In this document: piece by piece, positions 37,568 through 46,370 of the stretch
How positions within the stretch are numbered: position 1 is the stretch's first letter
Layout: every line of letters starts with the position of its first letter
Origin: a virus
Lineage: Duplodnaviria > Caudoviricetes
Reading direction: 5' to 3' (one strand)
IMG/VR virus record: IMGVR_UViG_3300048536_000072
Location: 890 to 64,889 of that record
Length of the DNA: 64,000 nt
Notes under the pieces: generated by a model
The model's input: the letters and a program-made list of their open reading frames with translations, nothing else
Database searches by the model: none
Told to the model about the DNA's origin: nothing
Position numbers and translations under genes: made by a program

Positions 37568-39348
37568 CGTAATCTCATTGCCTTTTGCATATCTTGTGGA
37601 CTGTTACTAGCCAAGTTTGCAAACTTTAATTTTTGATCGTTTCTCTTGATCTGTGCATACTTCTGAAGTACTGCCTTTGCAAGATGTTGTTTTAGGTTTA
37701 CTTTCTTACCGTTCTTGAACTCAACCTGTCCACCCTTCGGTAAGTCTGCAACTCTACGTAACTGGACAATAATATTCTTGTCAGCTGCTTTACGATCATC
37801 GTCCGTTGCTTTTATATCTATATCAGCTGGATCTACCGCTTCACATTGACGTTGTGCGGATAAAAGTTTCTTCGCTTTCATACGATCATGATATGAGAAT
37901 GAATGTGATTTGCCTGTCTTGTCATCCTTAACGATATAACCAGATGCAGTCTTCTTAACAATCTTACCAAACTGTTTGTTACCTTTTGAGTCGTAGTAAT
38001 CTAACTCTAGTCCAACTCGTGCATCTTTCTGAGTTTCTGTACCCATACCTTTTTGTGCAAGTTGACGATAGTTCTCAGTAAGGTCTTCGTTGACACCAAT
38101 CTTATATGATTTGATAACAACAGCCATATCACCCCAACCAAGTGTGGCGTCTTTACCACCTCGACTGAATAGGGTAAACTTAGTTTTATTACGAGAATCG
38201 TTAGCGTCTACCATGTTAACTTTGTCAACATTATATTTTGCACTACGAGTCTTACTCTTAACTTGGAGTTTTACTTTGTGTCCTTTCTTCATTGAAGAGT
38301 CAAACACAAATGAGATAACATCACCCTTCTTGATCTTATCAAAGTCTTTACGTGATACTGCCATCTCTGATAGTTCTTCAGAATCTTCGAAGATCTTTAC
38401 TGCTTTCTTTAGAGGGATTGTTGCGATGTCACCGAAGTTATTCTTGGTACGAACCATAACTTTACGACCACTCTGATCTAACTCTAAAGAGTAAGTCTTA
38501 CCGTCTTTACCTTTAACGTTGTGTAATGCTTTCTCGTTTACTTCAGGTTTCTCGTGAGTATAACCCATCTTTGCCATACGTTCATGGTCGGCTTGAGTCT
38601 TTGCATCATACTCTTTACCAGTCTTGGGATCATACATCTTGTGAGGTTTAAATTCTTCTGCCAACTTGAATGGTGCTTTCTTACGGATAGTTCCCTTACG
38701 TAATGCATCACCAATTAGTTTACCTAACTTGGCACTGTCGTATCTTTTGTACTTGGGCATAGACAATAGAATGTCTTGTGCTTGACCGTCAGACTTACCT
38801 TTCTTCTTGAGTTGTTCGTAGTCTTTAAGTAGATTACGGTTTTCATCAAGTTCCACAGTTTCTTCTACTGACTCATTCTGTCTCTTGAGTACTGCCGCCA
38901 CTTGTTTGTGTTTGGATAAACCTTTCTTGATCTTTTCGATAGCACGAACTGCACCAGAGTAGTTACCACCAGCATATCGTTTGTCAGAGGCAACACCGAT
39001 TGCCATCTTGATTTCTTTGGGGGTGAATCTCTCTTCTAACTCGACATTTTCTTGGGTAACAGACTCCATATACATGTTCAACTCGTAACGCTTGTTGTCC
39101 AAGTTCGCAACTTGAATATGTGCGTGACGGTTCTTCTTGTTAGTCTTCAAGATGTACTTGTTAGTCTTACCCGAAGATGGTTTCTTCGGCCCAGTTGCAA
39201 CTTTGTTGTCGATGTCGTTCTTATCTACTTCAAACCCTTTCTTCTTGGCAAAAGCGTAAGCGTGTTGCATCGCACCACTAAATGTTTTGTGATAGAGGTC
39301 ATAACCAGATGATGATTTTGCCTCACGGATTTGTTTGAACGATTTCAT
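37564..39348 (-). CDS. modular basic protein, putative internal-head polyprotein
   Basis: 594 aa; MKSFKQIRE start; basic modules separated by acidic xxE linkers. Confidence 0.6.
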   Translation of the reverse strand: MKSFKQIREAKSSSGYDLYHKTFSGAMQHAYAFAKKKGFEVDKNDIDNKVATGPKKPSSGKTNKYILKTNKKNRHAHIQVANLDNKRYELNMYMESVTQENVELEERFTPKEIKMAIGVASDKRYAGGNYSGAVRAIEKIKKGLSKHKQVAAVLKRQNESVEETVELDENRNLLKDYEQLKKKGKSDGQAQDILLSMPKYKRYDSAKLGKLIGDALRKGTIRKKAPFKLAEEFKPHKMYDPKTGKEYDAKTQADHERMAKMGYTHEKPEVNEKALHNVKGKDGKTYSLELDQSGRKVMVRTKNNFGDIATIPLKKAVKIFEDSEELSEMAVSRKDFDKIKKGDVISFVFDSSMKKGHKVKLQVKSKTRSAKYNVDKVNMVDANDSRNKTKFTLFSRGGKDATLGWGDMAVVIKSYKIGVNEDLTENYRQLAQKGMGTETQKDARVGLELDYYDSKGNKQFGKIVKKTASGYIVKDDKTGKSHSFSYHDRMKAKKLLSAQRQCEAVDPADIDIKATDDDRKAADKNIIVQLRRVADLPKGGQVEFKNGKKVNLKQHLAKAVLQKYAQIKRNDQKLKFANLASNSPQDMQKAMRLR

Positions 39349-39350
39349 TT

Positions 39351-39617
39351 TTATGCTAGATCCTTGTCGTGATTTAGGTTACCCTTTTTCTTCTTAACGA
39401 TAAAAGCGTTAACTCTTGCGTAACCCCATTGTTGAGGAGTGGTGCCAGGTCTGTGACCTGTCTTCCAAGCGGCTACACCACGGTTATAAACTTTTCTTAA
39501 TGTGTCAACAGAGATACCAGATTTCTTTGCCTTCCCAGCAAGTCCTTCTCCCTCTTTCTCGATGATATCGTATAACGAATATCTTCCTTCTTCTAGGTAT
39601 TTTTTAAAATTTATCAT
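39351..39617 (-). CDS. conserved phage protein (DUF5824-like)
   Basis: LRKVYNRGVAAWKTGHRPG...QWGYARVN; MINFKKYLEE start. Confidence 0.7.
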   Translation of the reverse strand: MINFKKYLEEGRYSLYDIIEKEGEGLAGKAKKSGISVDTLRKVYNRGVAAWKTGHRPGTTPQQWGYARVNAFIVKKKKGNLNHDKDLA

Positions 39618-41359
39618 TTGGTCTCTCTGTTTTTATTTTTAGCTTGAGCGAGTCTAGCACGATCCAACATTCGGTCGTGTTTCTTTTTATCAGACTCCTT
39701 CTCTTGGTCGATTTGTTTTTTGGCATCATCTACTGCATCTTCAGGTAACAACTTGTGTAACTGAAGTCGGTCAACACTTCTATAAGATTTTGCAATCTGT
39801 TGAGCGTAGTAATTAGTACTGTGTGGTAATTTACCACCATTCTCTTTCTTCTTACGTACTAACAGATCTGTTAGAGTCTTCAATGCGTGTTGATATTCTT
39901 TACGATTAGTCGTGATAGACTTAATCTTATTCAACATCTTGCCTTCGGTAGTCTCTGTAGTAATAGTCTTACTAGTAGACTTGAAGTTCTTCTTACGCAT
40001 TATTGTTTTATTAATAACTTCAAACTCTTCTTTGTTACGATTATATTTAATCACAACTGGTAGATTCAGATCCGACTGTAGGTCTTTGATTACTGCCTCA
40101 CTATCTGGATTCTGTCTAATGTTCTTTGCTTTGTTCTTCGCAATCTTCTTGAATACTTTTTGCAACTCATTAACCGTAATAGCTGGTTTGTTGCGTTCAT
40201 CATTCATACGATCACGGAAATGACGTGTGAATTCGATATCGACATCGAACTTTGCGAGGATTCGATCTGCGAATTTCTCAAGATCACTGAGTTGTTTTGC
40301 AGAGACTTCCTCGTACATGTCTTTGAATGCTTTCGTATACTTGGAAGGTTTCGTTTTCGCCTTTGCATCGCCTGGAGCTGGTTTATAGGCGGAATCATCA
40401 TCGTCTGCTTTCTTCCCATGTTTCTTAAAGTGGGCATCCCTTGCCACCTTGGTTGACTTCTTTAGTCCTTTGTGGTAACGTGCTGGTTGAGTTCCTTCTC
40501 TATCTTTAATGTCAGCGTCTTGCTTCTTACCACTTCCCCCTTCTACTAGTTCAACCGCATCCAACCACTTGCGGTACTTCTTTTCTCCACACTCTACTAT
40601 GACATAATTTGATCCAAGGAAACTAACCGTGCCAAGTTCTTCGGTTTCATTGATGACAACCGAATCACCCACTTGGTATAGCGCTCCTTGTACATACTGT
40701 TCCCTTGTTTCTGAAACAACAGGCAATTCCACGTGATTCTTGAATGATCTCTCTTCCTTGAGTCCCATTCCTCTACGCACATCATTAAACAATGATCGTG
40801 CATCTTTATTGGACATGGTTCTCGGCACACCTTGTGAGAAACTCACAAAGTCATTTGCGGAGGCATTTGCCCGTTGTTTGGATGCAGACATGCCCTCTAC
40901 ACCCTCAGCATCAGGATCTCTTGCACCAGCAGATACAATATTGATCCTTTTAAAATTATAGAAACCGTGCCTTGCTTTGACACCGTTGTATTTGTTCAAG
41001 AGAGTATCAAACTCCCTAATACGATCTTCCCCTACAACCATAGTTACGTTACGATAACCTTGGTCATATAATGATGCAGCTACATCGAATACGTTTTTTA
41101 CTTTCTTATCCAACATGACGTTCCGTGCGTGTTTAGGAAACATCTTGCGGATATGTTTGATCTTTTGTGTGTAAGTCAATGGATCCTTTTTAGGATTTTG
41201 AGACTGAGACACAAACACTTTATAGTCTGACTTACCAGACTTTGTGGATAGAGTATCCATTACTTTACCGTGACCGATAGTAGGCGGGTTCATTCTACCA
41301 AAGGTAAAATAAACTTCACGTTCCTCTTCGATCAGGTATTGACTAAAATTCTTTATCAC
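39614..41359 (-). CDS. HxGH-class nucleotidyltransferase (phage 'cytidyltransferase') with C-terminal modules
   Basis: TFGRMNPPTIGH, VGEDR, MSASKQR (KMSKS-like); MIKNFSQYLIEE start. Confidence 0.8.
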   Translation of the reverse strand: MIKNFSQYLIEEEREVYFTFGRMNPPTIGHGKVMDTLSTKSGKSDYKVFVSQSQNPKKDPLTYTQKIKHIRKMFPKHARNVMLDKKVKNVFDVAASLYDQGYRNVTMVVGEDRIREFDTLLNKYNGVKARHGFYNFKRINIVSAGARDPDAEGVEGMSASKQRANASANDFVSFSQGVPRTMSNKDARSLFNDVRRGMGLKEERSFKNHVELPVVSETREQYVQGALYQVGDSVVINETEELGTVSFLGSNYVIVECGEKKYRKWLDAVELVEGGSGKKQDADIKDREGTQPARYHKGLKKSTKVARDAHFKKHGKKADDDDSAYKPAPGDAKAKTKPSKYTKAFKDMYEEVSAKQLSDLEKFADRILAKFDVDIEFTRHFRDRMNDERNKPAITVNELQKVFKKIAKNKAKNIRQNPDSEAVIKDLQSDLNLPVVIKYNRNKEEFEVINKTIMRKKNFKSTSKTITTETTEGKMLNKIKSITTNRKEYQHALKTLTDLLVRKKKENGGKLPHSTNYYAQQIAKSYRSVDRLQLHKLLPEDAVDDAKKQIDQEKESDKKKHDRMLDRARLAQAKNKNRETK

Positions 41360-41811
41360 TCTTTGCCCTTATTCTTTTTCCTTGCGAGTTCTTGTTTGCG
41401 TACTTGAGGTAACAACTTCTTCGCAAGTTTATCAATCTTTGGTTTCATCTTGTCTAGACGTTTTTCTATTTCCATTCGTCTAGCCATATTTAGGTCACCT
41501 TTAGACTGACCTTTTGTCAACTTTTTGGCAATCATATTACGTGCTTGTTTCTTTGCACGTTTCTTGAGTGTGTCCATATTCGCCATCTTACGAGCAGCTC
41601 TTGCACGACCGATTGCAATCTTAGGAGCGAGTTTTTTCATTTGACGTGCCTTTTTCAGGCGCTGTTGGATAGTAAGTGCTTCATCGGGCCCTTCGGTGGT
41701 GGTTTCCCCACTGTCCCTTTTACGCTTCTTACTATTGAGTGCGAGTTGATCATCCCCAGTTTGGGTATAGTCAACTGTTACGAAATCTTTGAAACCTAAT
41801 GGTTTAGGCAT
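41356..41811 (-). CDS. basic helical hypothetical protein
   Basis: 151 aa, K/R-rich, GAGGA SD. Confidence 0.7.
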   Translation of the reverse strand: MPKPLGFKDFVTVDYTQTGDDQLALNSKKRKRDSGETTTEGPDEALTIQQRLKKARQMKKLAPKIAIGRARAARKMANMDTLKKRAKKQARNMIAKKLTKGQSKGDLNMARRMEIEKRLDKMKPKIDKLAKKLLPQVRKQELARKKNKGKE

Positions 41812-41835
41812 ATCTTCCTCTTTTGGTTTAACCCA

Positions 41836-43056
41836 TTAATTACGACTAGGTTTATCCCAGCCTTTAACAACATCGGGTGAAAAGTTATTATAGGAAAATT
41901 CCATCCTATCAACCAATTTCACCGCATCACCACCAAGTGTGTCGATTGCAACGTATCCTTCCTCACCAGTGGTCTTATAACCATTCCTAGTTTGGACAAA
42001 CGTGTCAATCTTTTTTAATCTATCAAGTTTATTTATAAGAATTAGTTTCGCAAGAACGATAGTTTTTTGCAATTCTATCATACTGACTAACGCTTTTTTA
42101 TTATCTACTGAGAAGAATTCGAGTATCTCATCTAACTTTTTTTGTTGTACTCCCTTTCCTTTTGCAGTCTTTCTCTTGTCTATTTCTTTCTGATACTTGT
42201 CCTGTATCCACTTGATTAACTTGGTTACGTGCGTAGAAGTGTTGCCGATCACTGCCCCTTGCCGCACATAAGTGTTATTAAACTGTTCAATCAACTGTGC
42301 AATATGTTGTTTACTCTCTAGTTCACGTAGAGTGGTTCCAGAGATCTTATTGAATAATAGTCCACATTTACTTAGTAATTGATTAACTCGATCAGTTTCT
42401 TTCTTGGACATAGTAGCTTGTTGTACGTCACGTAACATTGCATCCTGTGACCATACGTTTACAGAATTGCGAAACTTCGACACGTCCACACCATATGTCG
42501 CTCGCATCGACTCAAAGTCTTTACCAGTATAGGTTGTATGCCATACAATACCGATCTTCGCCTTCTTAATTTCAGATGCTTGATCTACAGGTACGGCATA
42601 GATAATAGTGTTTGGATGGAAGGTAACGTAGGGAACACCATCGAATTTTTTTGTTGAGAGATCTTTCTTTGAAAACAAGAAGTCTCCTTGAATGACTCCC
42701 TTGATTCCCAGATCAGGAAGATACTTTAACGCCTCTTTCAATTTTGTATTCAAGTCGCCGTCTGTATCAGCATCTATATCCGCATCAGTCTTATAGACCT
42801 TTGGGTTCTTCGCAAAGATACCTTTCTTCGCAACAAAGAACTTACCATCTGTGGGATCTTCACCACAGAAGATTGCAGGCGCACCGTCCCACTTTACAGA
42901 TAGGTTACCAGCTTTCTTTCCAGACAACATATCACGCATGTCACGTAATGCATTGATTGCTTGACGTGTACCATTCACACCCCCATAGAGAACTTTGTCC
43001 TCAATGTGAGTCATGTGTGTGTTCTTTTGTTCTGTTATAAACTCTTGGAAATCCAT
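41836..43056 (-). CDS. DUF6267-like protein with ATP-dependent ligase-type motifs
   Basis: SVKWDG (motif I KxDG), QGDFLF (III), EGYVA (IV), VKLV (V); MDFQEFITE start. Confidence 0.65.
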   Translation of the reverse strand: MDFQEFITEQKNTHMTHIEDKVLYGGVNGTRQAINALRDMRDMLSGKKAGNLSVKWDGAPAIFCGEDPTDGKFFVAKKGIFAKNPKVYKTDADIDADTDGDLNTKLKEALKYLPDLGIKGVIQGDFLFSKKDLSTKKFDGVPYVTFHPNTIIYAVPVDQASEIKKAKIGIVWHTTYTGKDFESMRATYGVDVSKFRNSVNVWSQDAMLRDVQQATMSKKETDRVNQLLSKCGLLFNKISGTTLRELESKQHIAQLIEQFNNTYVRQGAVIGNTSTHVTKLIKWIQDKYQKEIDKRKTAKGKGVQQKKLDEILEFFSVDNKKALVSMIELQKTIVLAKLILINKLDRLKKIDTFVQTRNGYKTTGEEGYVAIDTLGGDAVKLVDRMEFSYNNFSPDVVKGWDKPSRN

Positions 43057-44129
43057 TAGAATTTTATCTTGTTGTTAAAAGAAGGATCTGGTTTTACTCC
43101 CAGAAACGTCTTGAGTTTCATTATACCACCCTTGAAGAATGTTGTCACCTTTCTCCAAGTTTTGGTTACCCATCCACGAATGACACGTAACAGTTTCAAT
43201 TCGTGTAGTTCGATACTTTCGTTTAGTTCTTCGGTCTCTTGCATTGAGTCAACGATCAATGAGATAACAGACCAGTAGTTGTACTCCCCTGTCTTGACAC
43301 CCTTTAGTTTACGTGAAGATGTCTTGAATCGTGCTTGTAGTTTCATTGCATTGGCAATCTTGAGACAATATGCGTCATCATCCACAGAATGAATCTTGAC
43401 TGTACCACCATCTGCACTTGCAACCAACATAAACTCAGCGGCTGCATTTGAGGTTTTTCCAAACTTCTCGTACCCAGACATTGCCTCTCGAGCGAACTCA
43501 ACCTTGAATGATTTAGATTCGTTGAATAGTTTACCCAACTCTTGCATACAATCTTTATGTGCCGCCTCTGCCTTGTTAACTACATCATCAGTACCCGCCT
43601 TAATCAAAGGACGTAATTTAGATGGTGCGAGAGTGTTCTTTACAAACCCTTCTAGGACATCGGTAGTTATTTTATATTGTGGGGATTTCTTGAGTTCGGG
43701 ATTAGAGTTCTTGGTTGCAGCTTCGAATGTTGCAGTCGATTCTGCTTTACCACCAGACATCAACTGTGCAATACCGATCTTAACAGAGAATCGCATATCA
43801 CCAATCAGAACATCTGTCTTAGGTGTAATGTCACTTGCACCATGAGATTTCCAGAAGTCAGTCAGTGTCGCCTTTGCACGACCATACTGTTCTGCCTCTT
43901 TAGTTTTTAGGGTAGGATATGCTTTGAGTACTGCAGCTGCAATCTTACGTCCCGCCTCAAGCGCTTTAGGGTTACCCTTAATGACATTGAACACTTTGTC
44001 CGAAATACCATAGTCGGTTGGATTGTCAGTGATGGGTTTTCCTTTTAACTCATAGAAACCCATCACGATTGACGCTTCGTAATCCTCTGCTTTAAGTGCT
44101 TCGGTTATGTACGTTTTAAACTTCATCAA
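43056..44129 (-). CDS. putative PD-(D/E)xK nuclease-like protein
   Basis: AEDYE...TPKTD...FSVK pattern; MMKFKTYITE start. Confidence 0.5.
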   Translation of the reverse strand: MMKFKTYITEALKAEDYEASIVMGFYELKGKPITDNPTDYGISDKVFNVIKGNPKALEAGRKIAAAVLKAYPTLKTKEAEQYGRAKATLTDFWKSHGASDITPKTDVLIGDMRFSVKIGIAQLMSGGKAESTATFEAATKNSNPELKKSPQYKITTDVLEGFVKNTLAPSKLRPLIKAGTDDVVNKAEAAHKDCMQELGKLFNESKSFKVEFAREAMSGYEKFGKTSNAAAEFMLVASADGGTVKIHSVDDDAYCLKIANAMKLQARFKTSSRKLKGVKTGEYNYWSVISLIVDSMQETEELNESIELHELKLLRVIRGWVTKTWRKVTTFFKGGIMKLKTFLGVKPDPSFNNKIKF

Positions 44130-44165
44130 TTTGTCCTAGTGATTAATTTAAATTAATTATAACAC

Positions 44166-44173
44166 TATTTATA
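44166..44173 (-). promoter_or_regulatory. T4-type late promoter heading the internal-protein cluster
   Basis: TATAAATA 36 nt upstream of the ATG at 44129. Confidence 0.75.
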
Positions 44174-44855
44174 ACAAAACGGAAGTAGAACTTTGTTCCT
44201 CGTTGTATTTTTCTATAGTTTCTCTCAACGGACGAACCCAGTTGTCACGATGTTCGATAAACACTTGAGGATCATTACCATCAACAGAAATGATAGTAAC
44301 CAACTGAGTGATAGGTTGACCAGTACGTTCTTCCCACATGATTGCATACGCAGATTCTTGCATGAAGTAGTTTTTAATCCAGTCTTTACGTTTAGGTTTC
44401 ATCGAAGTTTTGTAATCGATGATTGACGGTTTACCATCAAAGATACCGACACAGTCAACACGACCAGCGACACCTAGATGATTAGAATATAGTGGAGCCT
44501 CTTGGGCATACACTTTAGTCAGACGTTCATCAAGGATAGGTTTGAGATCAAGGAATGATGCGATGATATCAGGCGTGTATCCTTCTTTGAAGTTAGGATC
44601 ATTGTTTACATACTTCTCAATGATTTCGTGAACTGACGTACCACGAGTAGATGCACGGTGAGAGATGCGATTCGCTTCCTCATGACCGACTTTAGCACGC
44701 CACTTTGCAATAGACTCACGTGACAGTATAGATAATACCGTAGTGATAGAAGGAAGATTGACTCCCTCGGGCGTTTTGTATTTACGACCAGAGTCCGTAG
44801 TAACGGCATTCATCTCAGTCAATTCAACGTTTTCATGTATAAAATTCATATTCAT
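44169..44855 (-). CDS. PD-(D/E)xK exonuclease (Cas4/RecB-like)
   Basis: PSITTVLS, RGTSVH, AGRVD, IIDYKT, QESAYA. Confidence 0.85.
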   Translation of the reverse strand: MNMNFIHENVELTEMNAVTTDSGRKYKTPEGVNLPSITTVLSILSRESIAKWRAKVGHEEANRISHRASTRGTSVHEIIEKYVNNDPNFKEGYTPDIIASFLDLKPILDERLTKVYAQEAPLYSNHLGVAGRVDCVGIFDGKPSIIDYKTSMKPKRKDWIKNYFMQESAYAIMWEERTGQPITQLVTIISVDGNDPQVFIEHRDNWVRPLRETIEKYNEEQSSTSVLL

Positions 44856-44876
44856 CCTTTCCCATTCACTAGCTTC

Positions 44877-44905
44877 ATTATAACACTAGTCATGAGACTT
44901 GTCAA
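44877..44905 (-). promoter_or_regulatory. sigma70-type promoter
   Basis: TTGACA-17nt-TATAAT. Confidence 0.8.
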
Positions 44906-45141
44906 GTTATATTTTCAATTAAATTACGTAACAAGAAAGTTAATCCTAGTCCATTGACAAGTATCAATGCCCGATCTTTCCAGAGTATCGACACCCATAA
45001 CCATCCCATTACACCTATTACAGATAACATCAAATCAATTATCTGTAACCCCTCTACTCCACGTATAGACATAGCGCCAATCATAGTGATTGATGCAAAC
45101 CATTTTACATACCAGTCTAACGTTTGTCGTTCATGTTTCAT
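44902..45141 (-). CDS. small membrane protein (about 3 TM)
   Basis: Hydrophobic; DWYVKW...WKDRALI motifs. Confidence 0.7.
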   Translation of the reverse strand: MKHERQTLDWYVKWFASITMIGAMSIRGVEGLQIIDLMLSVIGVMGWLWVSILWKDRALILVNGLGLTFLLRNLIENIT

Positions 45142-45397
45142 CGGTTTCTACCTCTAGTTCCGTCTCTATCCATACTCTCGCACCACACGAGAGTGGTTTA
45201 TTTGGCGAGTAGATTACCCTCGCCACTTCGTTTCCTTCCTTGTCACGAATAATTGCATTGCTGGTATATCTATTATTTTTGTAATCCTTCACTGTGATCA
45301 CAGGTTCTTCCGTGCCGTTCTTGAGATTGGCACGGATCTTATGCATGTTTACATGTATTTTAGTTTTCATTCGCACGGTTGCATGATCGCATCCCAC
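45131..45397 (-). CDS. conserved hypothetical phage protein
   Basis: IHVN...PVITVK...PLSCGARVWIET; start probably MKTKIH. Confidence 0.7.
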   Translation of the reverse strand: MGCDHATVRMKTKIHVNMHKIRANLKNGTEEPVITVKDYKNNRYTSNAIIRDKEGNEVARVIYSPNKPLSCGARVWIETELEVETDET

Positions 45398-46011
45398 TTC
45401 ATACGATCAAGTCTCTCCTGTTCACGGTGAGTTTTGGCACGTAGTTTCTCCATTCGATCACGAGCAGCAATCCACTTGTCGAAACTCAATGCCTTACGAG
45501 CATTACCAGAAGCAAGACCCTTACGTTTAAATTCGTTCTTGAGAATCGCCTTCTCATCAGCACCCATGAACACACCGACCAGTTTCAGTAGACACTGACG
45601 GAACGAACGACCGTGGTGCATATGACCAAGACAATGTGCCAGTTCATGAAGTAGAGTGTAACGATTCAGACCAGTTTGTGCAAGAGTCACAACACGTCCG
45701 TTGGTGAAACCAGAGTTCTTCTTGTTTCGAGCGTTCATCGCAACAATACGTGGAGTCGCATCAAAAATCTTCGCAACATTATCGTTGATCGATTCTTGCC
45801 ACAACTTCTGCCAAGTCTTGGACTTGTAAATCTTCTTGGCGAACTTCTGTGCTTCAGAGATATCAGCAAAGTTCACATCTTGAATCTGACGTTGGAACAT
45901 CCACTCCGCTTGATAAGTACGAGTGCGTTCTGAGTCTTTCGTCTTCGCCCCCTTGTTCTGTTTCTGTTCGTGTTTCAACAGATAGGTTTGGTATTCAAGT
46001 TTCTCGTACAT
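45367..46011 (-). CDS. zinc metallopeptidase-like protein (HExxH)
   Basis: LLHELAH...HHGRSF motif. Confidence 0.75.
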   Translation of the reverse strand: MYEKLEYQTYLLKHEQKQNKGAKTKDSERTRTYQAEWMFQRQIQDVNFADISEAQKFAKKIYKSKTWQKLWQESINDNVAKIFDATPRIVAMNARNKKNSGFTNGRVVTLAQTGLNRYTLLHELAHCLGHMHHGRSFRQCLLKLVGVFMGADEKAILKNEFKRKGLASGNARKALSFDKWIAARDRMEKLRAKTHREQERLDRMKWDAIMQPCE

Positions 46012-46262
46012 TACGCCACCTCTTTGTTCAATTCATCAAGTAAAGCTTTCAGATCAGTGTTGTAGTGGGGATAGATCGCCTCGAAGATTTCATCGATCTC
46101 TTGGGCGGTCGCATCTGCATCAACAATGATACGGTCGATCAGTTCATTCTGATCCAACCATTCAATCTTAGTGTGGAAAGTATCGGTGTTGATATTGTAG
46201 TAGTAAACTAGAGTCTCTTCATTGTTAGAAAAGTCGTAAGTCATTGGTTGGTACATAATCAT
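46011..46262 (-). CDS. hypothetical early protein
   Basis: Start re-called at MIMYQ after the GAGAGAG leader; the upstream part of the track ORF overlaps a promoter and terminator. Confidence 0.65.
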   Translation of the reverse strand: MIMYQPMTYDFSNNEETLVYYYNINTDTFHTKIEWLDQNELIDRIIVDADATAQEIDEIFEAIYPHYNTDLKALLDELNKEVA

Positions 46263-46289
46263 CTCTCTCTTCTCATTCTCAATACAAGT

Positions 46290-46318
46290 ATTATAAAACA
46301 CTGGGCAACAATTGTCAA
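46290..46318 (-). promoter_or_regulatory. sigma70-type early promoter with conserved leader
   Basis: TTGACA-17nt-TATAAT-ACTTGTATTGAGAATGAGAAGAGAGAG. Confidence 0.85.
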
Positions 46319-46337
46319 GCACTTTTTTCAGAAATAA

Positions 46338-46365
46338 GAAAAAAAAGGGGGACTTTCGTCCCCCC
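46338..46365 (-). terminator. rho-independent terminator
   Basis: GGGGGAC-GAAA-GTCCCCC followed by a T-run. Confidence 0.9.
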
Positions 46366-46370
46366 AAAGG

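Noticed and set aside
44169-44855. Cas4-like nuclease as evidence of a CRISPR system
   Set aside because: No repeat-spacer array or other cas gene is seen; such exonucleases are routine in T4-like phages
2341-46318. Repeated promoter/leader sequences as CRISPR repeats or IS ends
   Set aside because: They are dispersed, coincide with -35/-10/SD elements, and no transposase is present
46263-46367. N-terminal extension of track ORF 46011-46367
   Set aside because: It spans a terminator and promoter; the real start follows the GAGAGAG leader
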